Positions 19,604-29,661 of a DNA stretch of 64,000 nucleotides are shown here, one piece after another. The translations under genes and the position numbers were made by a program. The notes beneath the pieces were generated by a model. The model saw nothing but the letters and a program-made list of their open reading frames with translations, had not been told where the DNA came from and ran no database searches. The stretch is from a virus: IMG/VR virus record IMGVR_UViG_3300010885_064671; one strand, 5' to 3'. Positions within the stretch are counted from its first letter, which is position 1; every line of letters begins with the position of its first letter.

Positions 19604-20402
19604 TTATGCCCTAGCGTATTTCTTATTTCTAAACACACCAGTACCACACGAACCAGATTTTGCATGGTCGCAATATGAACAGGCCCTAACATTAGGTGTG
19701 GGTGCGAATGATGTATCTTCAATGATATTATTTATTAAAGAAATTAATTTTACCTTAACGTTTTCTATGTCTTCAGGAGTGTACAGGTGGCCTTTTCTTT
19801 TACCTGATCTAAGGTAATGTAGCTCTGCATAAATTTCTTTACCGGGCATTAGTAGCGACATAGCTAGAGCGTAGATCCCCAGCTGCAGATTATCTGCGAT
19901 TCCTTTTTGGCTTACTTCCCACTTGCCGGTTTTATAATCAATAATATTAACTCTATCTCCAACGAGATCTATTCTATCTATATAGCCCCTTATTAGGTAG
20001 TTGCCTATTATAAAATTAAAGCCATATTCTTTACTGTATACATTAAATGTAGTGTCTATATTTTCGTCATAGAATTCATCTATTAAAGTTTTTCCAACAG
20101 ATATTAATTCATCAGATATCTGACTTTTGGGGTCTAATTTGAGCTTGCTTGTAGCATACTCTTCAAGCATTTCCTGATGATCGAGAGCTTTTACGTTGTC
20201 GACCGTAGCCTCTAAGACTGCATGGACTATATTACCGTAGTGTAGCCGCTTCGCCAAATAAACGAGGCTCTTTATTTATATAGGAATAAAAGTACTTAGA
20301 AGGACATTGAGTATAAGTATCTATTCTTGAATATGAAAATTCTGATAGAGTTAATTTTTGTAAATCATTTAAATCTTCTATTGACTTTATTGCTATTCCC
20401 AC
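19604..20402 (-). CDS. Cas4/RecB-like PD-(D/E)XK exonuclease requiring a +1 shift at CGG 20235..20237 (GTG start at 20402)
   Basis: Upstream frame: VGIAIKSIEDLNDLQKLTLSEFSYSRIDTYTQCPSKYFYSYINKEPRLFGEAATL; downstream frame: GNIVHAVLEA...VNIIDYKTGKWE...CSYCDHAKSGSCG. GxxxH, D..DYKTG and Cys cluster are all family-typical. Confidence 0.85.
20235..20237 (-). other. +1 frameshift site: CTA CGG TAA -> CTA (C) GGT AAT
   Basis: Zero frame stop is the next codon; shifted reading gives G-N-I-V-H. Confidence 0.88.
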
Positions 20403-20576
20403 TTATTCCTCTTCCGGATTATGTTCTTTTACAATTATACCACTTGGGTCATATTCTGTGCCGTGCTCGTCTATTGTGTGACCAGTTTTAATATTAATAT
20501 ATCTATCGTGACCGGCGGATACCCAACCAGTTTCACCTATCTCCATAAAATCATCTTCGATATATGGCCAAGCCAT
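20403..20576 (-). CDS. Hypothetical small protein
   Basis: MAWPYIEDDFMEIGETGWVSAGHDRYINIKTGHTIDEHGTEYDPSGIIVKEHNPEEE; stop abuts GTG start of exonuclease. Confidence 0.5.
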   Translation of the reverse strand: MAWPYIEDDFMEIGETGWVSAGHDRYINIKTGHTIDEHGTEYDPSGIIVKEHNPEEE

Positions 20577-20584
20577 ATTGCCTC

Positions 20585-20806
20585 CTATTTTAATGAAATA
20601 ACAGTACTGTTTATAGAATCTATATTGAAATAGTAATTCAATAAACCATATATATCATGCAACTCCTGTTTAGTTGCATTAAAACCAACTACTCCAGACT
20701 GAAGAAAAAAAGTTTCTTCGTCATCAATTAAAGACTCGTACTCAACAAGTCCTATGTCATTAAGTTTCATTCTTCCATTTTCGTTCTTAATCATATTAGT
20801 CCTCAT
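20585..20806 (-). CDS. Hypothetical small protein
   Basis: ORF. Confidence 0.45.
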   Translation of the reverse strand: MRTNMIKNENGRMKLNDIGLVEYESLIDDEETFFLQSGVVGFNATKQELHDIYGLLNYYFNIDSINSTVISLK

Positions 20807-21167
20807 CTACTATAGTTATAGGGTTCCAATTTGGATCATTCATTTTTTCTCTCATATCTCTAACATATGAATCCCAATCGTTTTCATCTTGGGATCTTTT
20901 TTCGTACTGCACTTTTGCCTTGAAGGGGTTACTCTTAAACTTAACTATAAAACTTCTTCCACCATTCTTGGGTGTCCAACGCAGATTACCATTTTTGCAA
21001 TCGCAAAAGTCATCATCATTTGATTCGATCATTCCCTTGGGATCAAATCTTCCACTACATCCGTTACACTTTGTATATCTGCCTTTATTTTCACATCTAC
21101 TACATGACGTACAGTAGGACCAACATGGTTTTTGTGAAGGATTTTGGAAGCTTCCAGGTATTGCCAT
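20796..21167 (-). CDS. Zinc-ribbon-like protein
   Basis: CTSCSRCENKGRYTKCNGCSGRF... and DFCDCKNG. Confidence 0.55.
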   Translation of the reverse strand: MAIPGSFQNPSQKPCWSYCTSCSRCENKGRYTKCNGCSGRFDPKGMIESNDDDFCDCKNGNLRWTPKNGGRSFIVKFKSNPFKAKVQYEKRSQDENDWDSYVRDMREKMNDPNWNPITIVDED

Positions 21168-24100
21168 TTATATCTCCAGCTCTAGTATTCTATCAATTAA
21201 AGGTGTAATTTTATCTGAACCAAGTATATCAAATTTATATACAAATTTACGATTATTATCTATAATTTCTAAAAAAATTGGTCTATTCCCTTTGTTAACA
21301 GAAACTAAATTATATATATTCTCAAAAGTTGTTTGCGACATATCACCCTTAACTTGGATCACTATTGGTTTTCCACCTGAGAATATTTTTGAATCAATTT
21401 TTTCGGAAGAATTATAAAATAATTTTATTATAGAATTCTCTTCATCGTTTTCCCTATTCAGAAAGGCATTGATGACAAATATGTCACCAGAATTAAAGTA
21501 GTCATCAGATATATCTTTAGCAATCTTGGGGAATATTATAACTTCCATACTAGAACTTATATCTTCTATTTCTAGCTTATACATTTTTTGACCTTTTTTA
21601 GTCATCATTTTTTTATTAGAGACTATAATCCCACCCACCTTAACAGACGTTCCCCCTTGACATTCATCTAGATCAATTATTTCATGGGTAATCTGATTCT
21701 TTAGAATATCCCATATACCAAGAAGTGGATGGTTAGTAACGTAAATGCCTAATTTTTCTCTCTCTTTTTCCAGAACATCTAATTCTATTCTTCTGCTTAT
21801 TTCCATATCTTGCTCAGCCACTAATTCATCTAACGCTCCAGCAAAAGCTAAGTTTTCTAATGTAGACTTTTTTAATATTGTAGGATCGCATCTTCTATAA
21901 AAATCATGCAGAGATATATAGGGTTTATTAATATCTCTAGAATAAACGATTGCATCAGCGATAGACAACCCGATGCCATCTATTGCTGATAAACCAAATA
22001 TAATAGAATCTTTTCCAACTACTTCAAAATCAACACCAGAATAATTAATAGATGGTGGTAGGACTTCAACGCCTATCTTCCTACAGTCAGAAAGATATAC
22101 CGCTTGCTTTTCCTTATTACCAACTACAGAACTCATTAAAGCAGCCATGTACTCAATTGTAAAGTTAGTCTTTAGATAAGCCGTAGTATACGATATCATT
22201 GCGTAGCTCGCAGCATGCGCTCTATTGAATCCATAGCCACCAAAGTATTCAATATCCGAAAATATCTTGTTGGCTAAGCCATCTTCTATTCCGCTATTTA
22301 ATACGCATCCTTGAACAAACTTTTCTCTCATGTTGGCAATTTTTTCCATTAATTTTTTGCCAATAACTTTTCTTAGATCATCAGCTTCTGCCGAAGTAAA
22401 TCCTGCTAGCTCTCTAGAGACAGCCAAAACGTCCTCTTGATATAGCATGATGCCAAGTGATGGGCCAAGAACATTTTCCAATTTAGGATGGTCATATCTC
22501 ACTCTGCTACGACCGTGTTTTCTATCTATGTATTCCCTATCCATCCCGGAACCCATTGGGCCAGGTCTATGGAGCGATATCAATGCCATTATTTCTTCTA
22601 TGCTACGAGGTTGTAGCCCCACCATCATCTGTCTCATGGATGTAGACTCAAGTTGGAACACTCCAGCAGCATTGCCCCTACATAATTCGTCGAATGTTTT
22701 CTCATCATCTAATGGTATTGATTCTATATCTATAATTATATTTCTATTTTTTTCTATCAACTTAAGACAAGAATCTATGACACCAAGATTTCTTAATCCA
22801 AGAAAATCTATTTTCAAAAGACCGCACTGCTCAACCCTACCCATATCCCACTGGGTTACTAGCGGTGCATCAACCCCTTTCTTCATCACTGGAAGATAAT
22901 CAGTTAACGGCCCCTTCGATATAACTACACCCGCTGCGTGGATGCCCGTTTGTCTGACCAAACCCTCTAAACCAAATGCCGTATCCGCAATTAATTTAGA
23001 ATCTGTGCTTTGATTATATTCTGCTTTGAACTCTAAAACATCCATGCATTCAGCTAAACCTTTTGAAATCCCCAGTATAGGTGGAGGAACTAGCTTGGCA
23101 ATTTTGTCACCAGATATAAAATCATAGCCAAGTGCTCTAGCTGCATCGCGCAGAGACTGTCTAGCACCAGTTCTATTGAACGTGCATATGTGTGCTACCT
23201 TATCTTGACCGTACTTTGTGCGAGCATAATCAATAACTCTATCCCTATGTCGATCATCAAAGTCCAAGTCAATGTCTGGCATAGACTTTCTTCCTTCAAC
23301 CAAAAATCTCTCAAACATTAAACCAAATCTAATAGGATCTAAGTTTGTTATTTGAAAAGCATAAGACAGTACGCTGCCAGCAGCAGAACCTCTACCCCAA
23401 CCAACTCTTATGTGATTATCTTTTGCCCATCTTACTAGATCTGAAACGACTAAAAAGTATTCAGAAAATCCCATTTCTTTTACTACTTTTATTTCATGAT
23501 TAGCTCTATCTATTATATTTTGAGGAAGTGGGTTACCATATCTCAACTTGAGCCCATCCCACGCAAGTCTTTCAAAGTATTCTGTAGACGATTCCTTTGT
23601 TGGAATTGGAAAATCTGGGAAATGTATTTCTCCAAAATTTAATTCTAATTCAACCATATCGTTTACATGCATTGTATTTTTTAAATGTTCTTCCGAAAAC
23701 ACAGAAGCCATTTCCTCATATGATTGAAGATAAAATTTATCTTCAGAAAAAGAAAATCTATTTGGAGTATTAACATTTGAGTTAGTAGCTACACAAAGCA
23801 TTATGTCATGCGACTTTGCATCATGCTGATGAACGTAATGGCAATCTCCAGACGGTACTACCTTTGCTCCGATAGTATTTGCTATCTTTATTAAGTCAGG
23901 TATAATAGCCAATTGTTCTTCTATGCCATGGTTCATTATCTCTATAAAATAGTTTTCCTTACCGACTATCTGCTGCATAGTAGCAGCATGCTTTAATGCC
24001 GTGCTGTAATCGTTTCTAAGCAGTGCTTGGGATACTTCCCCGTTTAGACACCCAGAAAGCACTATAATGCCCTCTGAATGCTGAGAGATTAAATCATGAT

Positions 24101-24491
24101 CAATTCTAGGTTTTACATAGTAGCCATCGGTAAAAGCTTCAGACGACATCTTTATTATATTATGATACCCAATTTTATTTTTAGCCAATATAGTTATATG
24201 ATATGGACCTCTTTGCTCCCATTCATTTTTTGATGGGCCTGATCTTTCCTCTTCGTCTCTATCAAACCTACTTTTTCTTGCTTGATACATCTCCGAACCA
24301 AGGATGGGCTTTACTCCAGCAGCTACTCCCGCATCATAAAAGTCTAACCACGAATGTATATTGCCATGATCGGTAGTTGCTATACCCATCATCCCCAAAG
24401 ACTTAGCCCTATCAAGGTATTGCTCTACGCGGCCATGCCCATCGAGCATTGAAAAAACAGTATGGTTATGTAGGTTCGTCCAATTCTTCAT
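21168..24491 (-). CDS. dnaE: DNA polymerase III alpha subunit (DnaE-type)
   Basis: NLHNHTVFSMLDGHGRVEQ (PHP domain), GRGSAAGSVLSYAF, PDIDLDFDDRHRDRVIDY, GIMLYQEDV; 1107 aa. Confidence 0.95.
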   Translation of the reverse strand: MKNWTNLHNHTVFSMLDGHGRVEQYLDRAKSLGMMGIATTDHGNIHSWLDFYDAGVAAGVKPILGSEMYQARKSRFDRDEEERSGPSKNEWEQRGPYHITILAKNKIGYHNIIKMSSEAFTDGYYVKPRIDHDLISQHSEGIIVLSGCLNGEVSQALLRNDYSTALKHAATMQQIVGKENYFIEIMNHGIEEQLAIIPDLIKIANTIGAKVVPSGDCHYVHQHDAKSHDIMLCVATNSNVNTPNRFSFSEDKFYLQSYEEMASVFSEEHLKNTMHVNDMVELELNFGEIHFPDFPIPTKESSTEYFERLAWDGLKLRYGNPLPQNIIDRANHEIKVVKEMGFSEYFLVVSDLVRWAKDNHIRVGWGRGSAAGSVLSYAFQITNLDPIRFGLMFERFLVEGRKSMPDIDLDFDDRHRDRVIDYARTKYGQDKVAHICTFNRTGARQSLRDAARALGYDFISGDKIAKLVPPPILGISKGLAECMDVLEFKAEYNQSTDSKLIADTAFGLEGLVRQTGIHAAGVVISKGPLTDYLPVMKKGVDAPLVTQWDMGRVEQCGLLKIDFLGLRNLGVIDSCLKLIEKNRNIIIDIESIPLDDEKTFDELCRGNAAGVFQLESTSMRQMMVGLQPRSIEEIMALISLHRPGPMGSGMDREYIDRKHGRSRVRYDHPKLENVLGPSLGIMLYQEDVLAVSRELAGFTSAEADDLRKVIGKKLMEKIANMREKFVQGCVLNSGIEDGLANKIFSDIEYFGGYGFNRAHAASYAMISYTTAYLKTNFTIEYMAALMSSVVGNKEKQAVYLSDCRKIGVEVLPPSINYSGVDFEVVGKDSIIFGLSAIDGIGLSIADAIVYSRDINKPYISLHDFYRRCDPTILKKSTLENLAFAGALDELVAEQDMEISRRIELDVLEKEREKLGIYVTNHPLLGIWDILKNQITHEIIDLDECQGGTSVKVGGIIVSNKKMMTKKGQKMYKLEIEDISSSMEVIIFPKIAKDISDDYFNSGDIFVINAFLNRENDEENSIIKLFYNSSEKIDSKIFSGGKPIVIQVKGDMSQTTFENIYNLVSVNKGNRPIFLEIIDNNRKFVYKFDILGSDKITPLIDRILELEI

Positions 24492-24500
24492 TGTATTAAA

Positions 24501-24707
24501 TTAATTAATTCCTCTTCCGGTATCTGAGTCATTAAGAGATTGATCTCTGATCTCCCTGTAAACAATGACGACTACTCCGCCACAATACTTGCATGGTACA
24601 GATTTTCCATCCTGTGCGAATGGACTATTGTACATATAGTGCATTGGTTGATCAGACTTACACTCAGTGCACACCCCTATAACATCATCTTCATCTTGAA
24701 CTGGCAT
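24501..24707 (-). CDS. Zinc-ribbon small protein
   Basis: CTECKS...CKYCGG. Confidence 0.5.
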   Translation of the reverse strand: MPVQDEDDVIGVCTECKSDQPMHYMYNSPFAQDGKSVPCKYCGGVVVIVYREIRDQSLNDSDTGRGIN

Positions 24708-25899
24708 TTTTATTTTCTCCTTTTGTTTTATAGGCGAATCTTATGGGCGAAGGAGATAACTCCTCACTACTTTCTACGTACTTATTTCCAACTGTAATCC
24801 ATTTCTTTTTTTTGTCTAAATGACAATCTCCACATCCTACACCAACTGAATTGGCTCTATCACAAGTGTAGGGCCTACCACCTATCCCTAGCTGTCTTCT
24901 CTTTATCCAGTCATTTATGTGACTAGTTGATTTATCGTAATTAAAGTCATCACATACACTTAGTATACTATAAAGAAACTTTATCGACTCTTCATTATAG
25001 GTAAGTATAGAACATAAAAACAGTCTTGCCTCATGTTCAAGATGTCTTTTTTCCTTTGCTTGTTCAACAAGTCGGAGAACTGCACTGCAGCTTTTTAGTA
25101 AGACCTTAGGTGTAAATTCTTTTTCTGTTGGAGCTAGCTCCTTAAAGGCTGATGATCCATGTTTATTAAAGTGGCTCAAAAAATCAGAAGGTTTACCCTT
25201 ATCTAGCTCCATATCATAAGTGAATTGCCTAAACCATTCATTTGCTTTAAGGTTAAAAGATTGCTCTTCAACTTCGTTATCTTGAATTTGTTCACAATAT
25301 TTTTTTATAGATTCAAAATCAGTATATAATATATTTCTAGGTATTAAATTTTTATAAAGACCAGTTTCCTGGTGCATGCTGCCAGGTAATCTCCACATTC
25401 TTCTTGGATCATACACGCTAAAATCTATCGACTCTATGCCCAAATCCGCTTTTAATTTGGTAGCTATATATCTAAATATATTTGGGAGTGCGTTAGAAGG
25501 ATTAATCCCCAGGGCTAGTGCTTCACACTCTATGTGAAAGCCCTTCTTGCCAGTGAAATATATCAGTAAAGAGCACTCTGGTATATACTGTATCAAATAA
25601 TCATATAGCACCATACACTCTTGATAAGACTTGCTGGGATCAACGTTGTCTAAATCAAAATACAGGGAACCTAATCTGATAGTGCTTTCAATATCCTTGG
25701 AATTATAATGCCAAATAGAAGTATACAAACCATTATTTTTATGCTGCTTTCTATAATTTTCTATATCAAAAATTGATATTAGCTTTGGGTCGTCACCCTC
25801 TTTATCCCTTATGATTCTAGATAAAGACGGCACGTACCTAGCAGTCTCCACTAACTGCCATGCATTTATATATTTATCTTTTTCTTTTGGTATTTTCAT
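24691..25899 (-). CDS. Archaeo-eukaryotic primase (AEP)-like DNA primase
   Basis: LYFDLDN, LLIYFTGKKGFHIECEAL, DFSVYDPRRMWRLPGSMH. Confidence 0.8.
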   Translation of the reverse strand: MKIPKEKDKYINAWQLVETARYVPSLSRIIRDKEGDDPKLISIFDIENYRKQHKNNGLYTSIWHYNSKDIESTIRLGSLYFDLDNVDPSKSYQECMVLYDYLIQYIPECSLLIYFTGKKGFHIECEALALGINPSNALPNIFRYIATKLKADLGIESIDFSVYDPRRMWRLPGSMHQETGLYKNLIPRNILYTDFESIKKYCEQIQDNEVEEQSFNLKANEWFRQFTYDMELDKGKPSDFLSHFNKHGSSAFKELAPTEKEFTPKVLLKSCSAVLRLVEQAKEKRHLEHEARLFLCSILTYNEESIKFLYSILSVCDDFNYDKSTSHINDWIKRRQLGIGGRPYTCDRANSVGVGCGDCHLDKKKKWITVGNKYVESSEELSPSPIRFAYKTKGENKNASSR

Positions 25900-26063
25900 A
25901 GTATCTTTTTTTTATATTCGACATCGTTAATACTGCCTATAACTTGTCTAGTGGATATATCTATGCTTTTGCTATTGTTCCTATAGTATACGGATTCTTG
26001 TATTATCTTTTCTATATTCTTTATAAGAAAATATCTTTTTTTAATTCTCTGTTCTAGGTCCAT
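25896..26063 (-). CDS. Hypothetical small protein
   Basis: MDLEQRIKKRYFLIKNIEKIIQESVYYRNNSKSIDISTRQVIGSINDVEYKKKIL; stop overlaps primase ATG. Confidence 0.4.
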   Translation of the reverse strand: MDLEQRIKKRYFLIKNIEKIIQESVYYRNNSKSIDISTRQVIGSINDVEYKKKIL

Positions 26064-26730
26064 CTATTTTCCATTTCGGATTTATCAAATCACTATCCTG
26101 AATAATTAGATGTATTTTAGATGCAATATTATCAGATAGATGAACTATATAATCCAGATATGTTATAGGGTAGGTTTCTGGTATTGGAGACCAAGGACCC
26201 AAGTGACATCTTACTAACCTTAGAATGGATTGGACTATCTCTTCAGATAAAAAAAGTGTAGAAGATTCTGCTTCACTAGCAAACTTTTTGTCTTTTTCCT
26301 GGCATGAAGCTATAAACTTGCCAACCGTATAAGGATGCATGGGATCATAGCATGGATTATCTGATCCATTGGTATCTATACCCTTACAAAGGTCATGTAT
26401 GAGACACGCAGCGATAACTATATCCTTTTCTTCCTGTGTTAAAGAATAGGATTCACACATGTGCGAGGCTATACGCACAACTCTTTTAGTATGGATTACG
26501 TTACCGCCTACACCATGCTCATCACCCGGATGATACTTCCCAGAAAAGCTAGATGGTATCTTCCAAAATATCTCACTGCGCATTAATATAGATCTAATAA
26601 ATGATTTTATTGATTCATCTATAATCATATTTATTTCTGCCAACAAGGGATAAAGTATCTCATTTTCCTTACCAAGTGAAGGAGGATTTTCCTCTTGGAT
26701 TAAGATGTCATCTAGTATACTTTTTTTCAT
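26041..26730 (-). CDS. HD-domain phosphohydrolase
   Basis: GNVIHTKRVVRIASHMCE...IVIAACLIHDLCKG. Confidence 0.75.
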   Translation of the reverse strand: MKKSILDDILIQEENPPSLGKENEILYPLLAEINMIIDESIKSFIRSILMRSEIFWKIPSSFSGKYHPGDEHGVGGNVIHTKRVVRIASHMCESYSLTQEEKDIVIAACLIHDLCKGIDTNGSDNPCYDPMHPYTVGKFIASCQEKDKKFASEAESSTLFLSEEIVQSILRLVRCHLGPWSPIPETYPITYLDYIVHLSDNIASKIHLIIQDSDLINPKWKIDGPRTEN

Positions 26731-26733
26731 TTT

Positions 26734-27516
26734 TTAAATTTCCTTTTTCCATTCGTTCCAATTAGAACATGGCTCATCAAACGGACACTTCTTACAGTAC
26801 GATATTAAGCCGCGTTTTGGTACTAGTATATCTGTTTTTTCTATCTTATCACACCAGTAATCGAAATAGTTAAGATCTTCATCTCTTAATTGGAATTCAT
26901 TAAAACCGATATCCTGGCTTAGTGGGTCAATAAATCCAAATCGAGCATTATGGAATCTTTCTGGGTGTCTGTTGAGATAAGCTTGATATAGTGTGCAGAA
27001 ATCTGTTCTATATAAATCTCTGTTACTAAATTTATAATTAAATATAAACTTTGTAATTAAGTATTTCTTGTTATGAAGAAATATAATATCAAATTTGTCC
27101 TCTATGTTCAGCTTACCCTTAGGCAGGTTGTAGTCTTCGCTTATTGCCACAGGTATATACGGAGAGTCCGCATACATTTCATGGAATAGAAGAAGAATAC
27201 CTGCAGCTTTTGCTGTCAAGCTAGCTGTATTGCCGTATGCGGTTTCGTGTTGCTCCGTAACTATGTCATAAGAATTTGTATTTTTTGGAAACCAATTCTT
27301 CTCCCACCTATTAAGCAGAGAAGCATACGATGGTATTATCCCTCCTTGTTTCTTGAAAAAGAAGAAGCACATTATACCGCGGATTGTAGACTCAAACTTT
27401 TGGGTATGAATATCTCTAGCATAAATTTTTTCTGGTATATTTTGCTTGTGCCTATAATCGTAGAGTCTTTCACACATTTGAAAATCTTTAATTGAATTTA
27501 CAGATATATTTCCCAT
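26734..27516 (-). CDS. RecB/PD-(D/E)XK nuclease-like protein with C-terminal Cys cluster
   Basis: QMCERLYDYRHKQNIPEK ... YCKKCPFDEPCSNW. Confidence 0.6.
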   Translation of the reverse strand: MGNISVNSIKDFQMCERLYDYRHKQNIPEKIYARDIHTQKFESTIRGIMCFFFFKKQGGIIPSYASLLNRWEKNWFPKNTNSYDIVTEQHETAYGNTASLTAKAAGILLLFHEMYADSPYIPVAISEDYNLPKGKLNIEDKFDIIFLHNKKYLITKFIFNYKFSNRDLYRTDFCTLYQAYLNRHPERFHNARFGFIDPLSQDIGFNEFQLRDEDLNYFDYWCDKIEKTDILVPKRGLISYCKKCPFDEPCSNWNEWKKEI

Positions 27517-28982
27517 TAGTGAAAATCCTTTCCGCTAAGAAGATCATCCAATAATGAAGATGAAGACACGTAAGAATCATCAGTAACTGGATCATAGTCT
27601 TCGTATGTTTTTTTATAATCTACATATTTTACTAATGGCGGATCATATAAAAACGCTGAACCAGTAATTCTATTTTTTGGTATCTGTAGTTGCATTATGT
27701 TTTCGTCCTCGGTCTCATCATCTGTAGCTAATCTTTTTTCTGTAATGAATATTGTTACAGCGCACTTTTGCTGGATAGTTAAAGATCCACCAGTATCAGA
27801 CTGCTGAACTACTTCTCTTTTTTCTTTCATTCTGTTAGCATTTTCTTGTGCTGTTATTATTAGTGCACAATTCATATCTCTAGCAAGCTTTTCTAATCTA
27901 ACCATCATCTCTTCGAATTCACCCCAACGAGGCTTGCCCTTACCACCGCCCCTAGTAAACATGGATTGTATTGTATCTATGATAACAACATCCGGCATGT
28001 TAACATTGTGCCCTATTATATCTCTTAGCCAAAATTCCAGATCCTCAAAATAAGGAGTGTCTGGATCATGCCTAATCATTAAGCGATCCCCCCACTCTGT
28101 TAATTTATCTTTGAATTTTTTTAAATACTTTTCTCTTTCATCAGGAGACCACTTTGATGCTTCTAGATAAACATTCTTTTCTATAATCTGGGTCATGAGT
28201 ATTCGCTCCCAGTGCCCAGTAGCTTCTTCAAAATTTATATACAAAACTCTATAACCATTGTCTAACCAGTGATTAGAAAGACATTTAACAAACGTACTCT
28301 TGCCCTTACCCGATGCAGCTATCACGGCGTGTACTGCACCTCTAAAAAAACCGCCATTATCAGTGTATCCCATAGCTCTATTGAGAGCTTTAAATTGAGT
28401 TGGAATAAAATTTGGGATGTCTAATAAAGAATCTACTCTATCTATAATATCTAAAGCTGTTGTTAATTTATCTAATGGATTATATCTTATTTGGTTTTCT
28501 AATTCTCTAATCTCAGAAGTTAGTGTCTGTATTTTAGCAATATCTTCTTCAGTCTTCTGACCTTTTTGCGTTAGTATCAATTGCAATTCATGAAGGTAGT
28601 TTATCTGCTTTCGCTTATTAGCTTTGTGCTTTACTAGTTCTCCAACAGATTCTTTTGTTGACAACTCTAGACCCATCAAAAGATCTACCATTACATTTAT
28701 CCCAGGGTTACCACCTAAAGCATCATATATATCTGTATCTGTTTCTAGCCAAGATTTAAAAGCTATTGGATCTACTATATCTAATTGTGTTGCGCCATAA
28801 AAAGACAACAAGGCAACATAAAACTCATTTATACCCTTTTCTCCATGGATACTTCCAACAATATCTTCTGGCAAATTTTCATTAAAATACTCAATAGCGC
28901 CCTTCTCCCTAAGGGAGAGGGCAAATATTTGGTACTCTAAAGGAGTATTGTCTTTTATATTTTCATTTGTTTCTGTTGTCAT
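27516..28982 (-). CDS. DnaB/RecA-like replicative helicase-type ATPase
   Basis: HAVIAASGKGKSTFVKCLSNHWLDNGYRVLYINFEEATGHW, VVIIDTIQSM, NCALIITAQ. Confidence 0.8.
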   Translation of the reverse strand: MTTETNENIKDNTPLEYQIFALSLREKGAIEYFNENLPEDIVGSIHGEKGINEFYVALLSFYGATQLDIVDPIAFKSWLETDTDIYDALGGNPGINVMVDLLMGLELSTKESVGELVKHKANKRKQINYLHELQLILTQKGQKTEEDIAKIQTLTSEIRELENQIRYNPLDKLTTALDIIDRVDSLLDIPNFIPTQFKALNRAMGYTDNGGFFRGAVHAVIAASGKGKSTFVKCLSNHWLDNGYRVLYINFEEATGHWERILMTQIIEKNVYLEASKWSPDEREKYLKKFKDKLTEWGDRLMIRHDPDTPYFEDLEFWLRDIIGHNVNMPDVVIIDTIQSMFTRGGGKGKPRWGEFEEMMVRLEKLARDMNCALIITAQENANRMKEKREVVQQSDTGGSLTIQQKCAVTIFITEKRLATDDETEDENIMQLQIPKNRITGSAFLYDPPLVKYVDYKKTYEDYDPVTDDSYVSSSSLLDDLLSGKDFH

Positions 28983-29661
28983 TACGTTTTTCTTTTATAG
29001 ACTTATACACATTTTTTCTATATTCTGAATTCTTTTTCTTTGCGATCTTGTATGCTGGAGTATCCGAAACTTTAATCTTGTCTTTACTCTTTGCCTTGTA
29101 GGGGCTTGTTCTTATGCACTCTAGTAACCTATCAAAAACAGATTGCTCTGTAAGACTATCATTATATCGGAACACAACTAGTGCTACTCCGTTATCCTTA
29201 CACCATTGCACTTTTTTTTCATCTCTTTTAATAGCCTCATCAAACTCATACTTTGAATCAAAAAACCTACTAGTGTAATAAAAGTGCTGTCTTCCGTGAT
29301 ACTCTGCAGCTATGGCGTACTTAGGGCAGTAAACATCTAGCTTTAATTTATCTCCTATATGAAATTCATTAACTATTTTTTCGCCCGGTAGCAGCTTCTG
29401 CAAACACGCAGTTAATGCTGTTTGACCCCTAGATATTTTTTTTCGACTATCCTTAAGCCAATTTAAACCTATGCTATTTATAATTTTATTAACTGCTGGC
29501 ACAGTCCAGCCTAGCTCTTTAGCTATGGCAGATATAGATAAAGATGTTTCTAGTAAAAGATCCCTAAGAAATTCAATATCATCTTGATCTTTGTTTTTAT
29601 GTTTCCCATGCATCTCACCCTGCCACGCTATGAGTTCTTGAGTAACTAATAGTTTTACCAA
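28963..29661 (-). CDS. HTH + Vsr/PD-(D/E)XK-like endonuclease
   Basis: KLKLDVYCPKYAIAAEYHGRQHFYY...RDEKKVQWCKDNGVALVVFRYND. Confidence 0.65.
   Translation of the reverse strand: MVKLLVTQELIAWQGEMHGKHKNKDQDDIEFLRDLLLETSLSISAIAKELGWTVPAVNKIINSIGLNWLKDSRKKISRGQTALTACLQKLLPGEKIVNEFHIGDKLKLDVYCPKYAIAAEYHGRQHFYYTSRFFDSKYEFDEAIKRDEKKVQWCKDNGVALVVFRYNDSLTEQSVFDRLLECIRTSPYKAKSKDKIKVSDTPAYKIAKKKNSEYRKNVYKSIKEKRNDNRNK

Noticed and set aside
19471-19722. Minus-strand ORF MKIHHSHPHLMLG...
   Set aside because: It overlaps the exonuclease 3' end and a terminator in another frame and has no protein-like composition.
21168-24491. Plus-strand ORFs such as 22447..22899
   Set aside because: Antisense to well-supported dnaE coding sequence.
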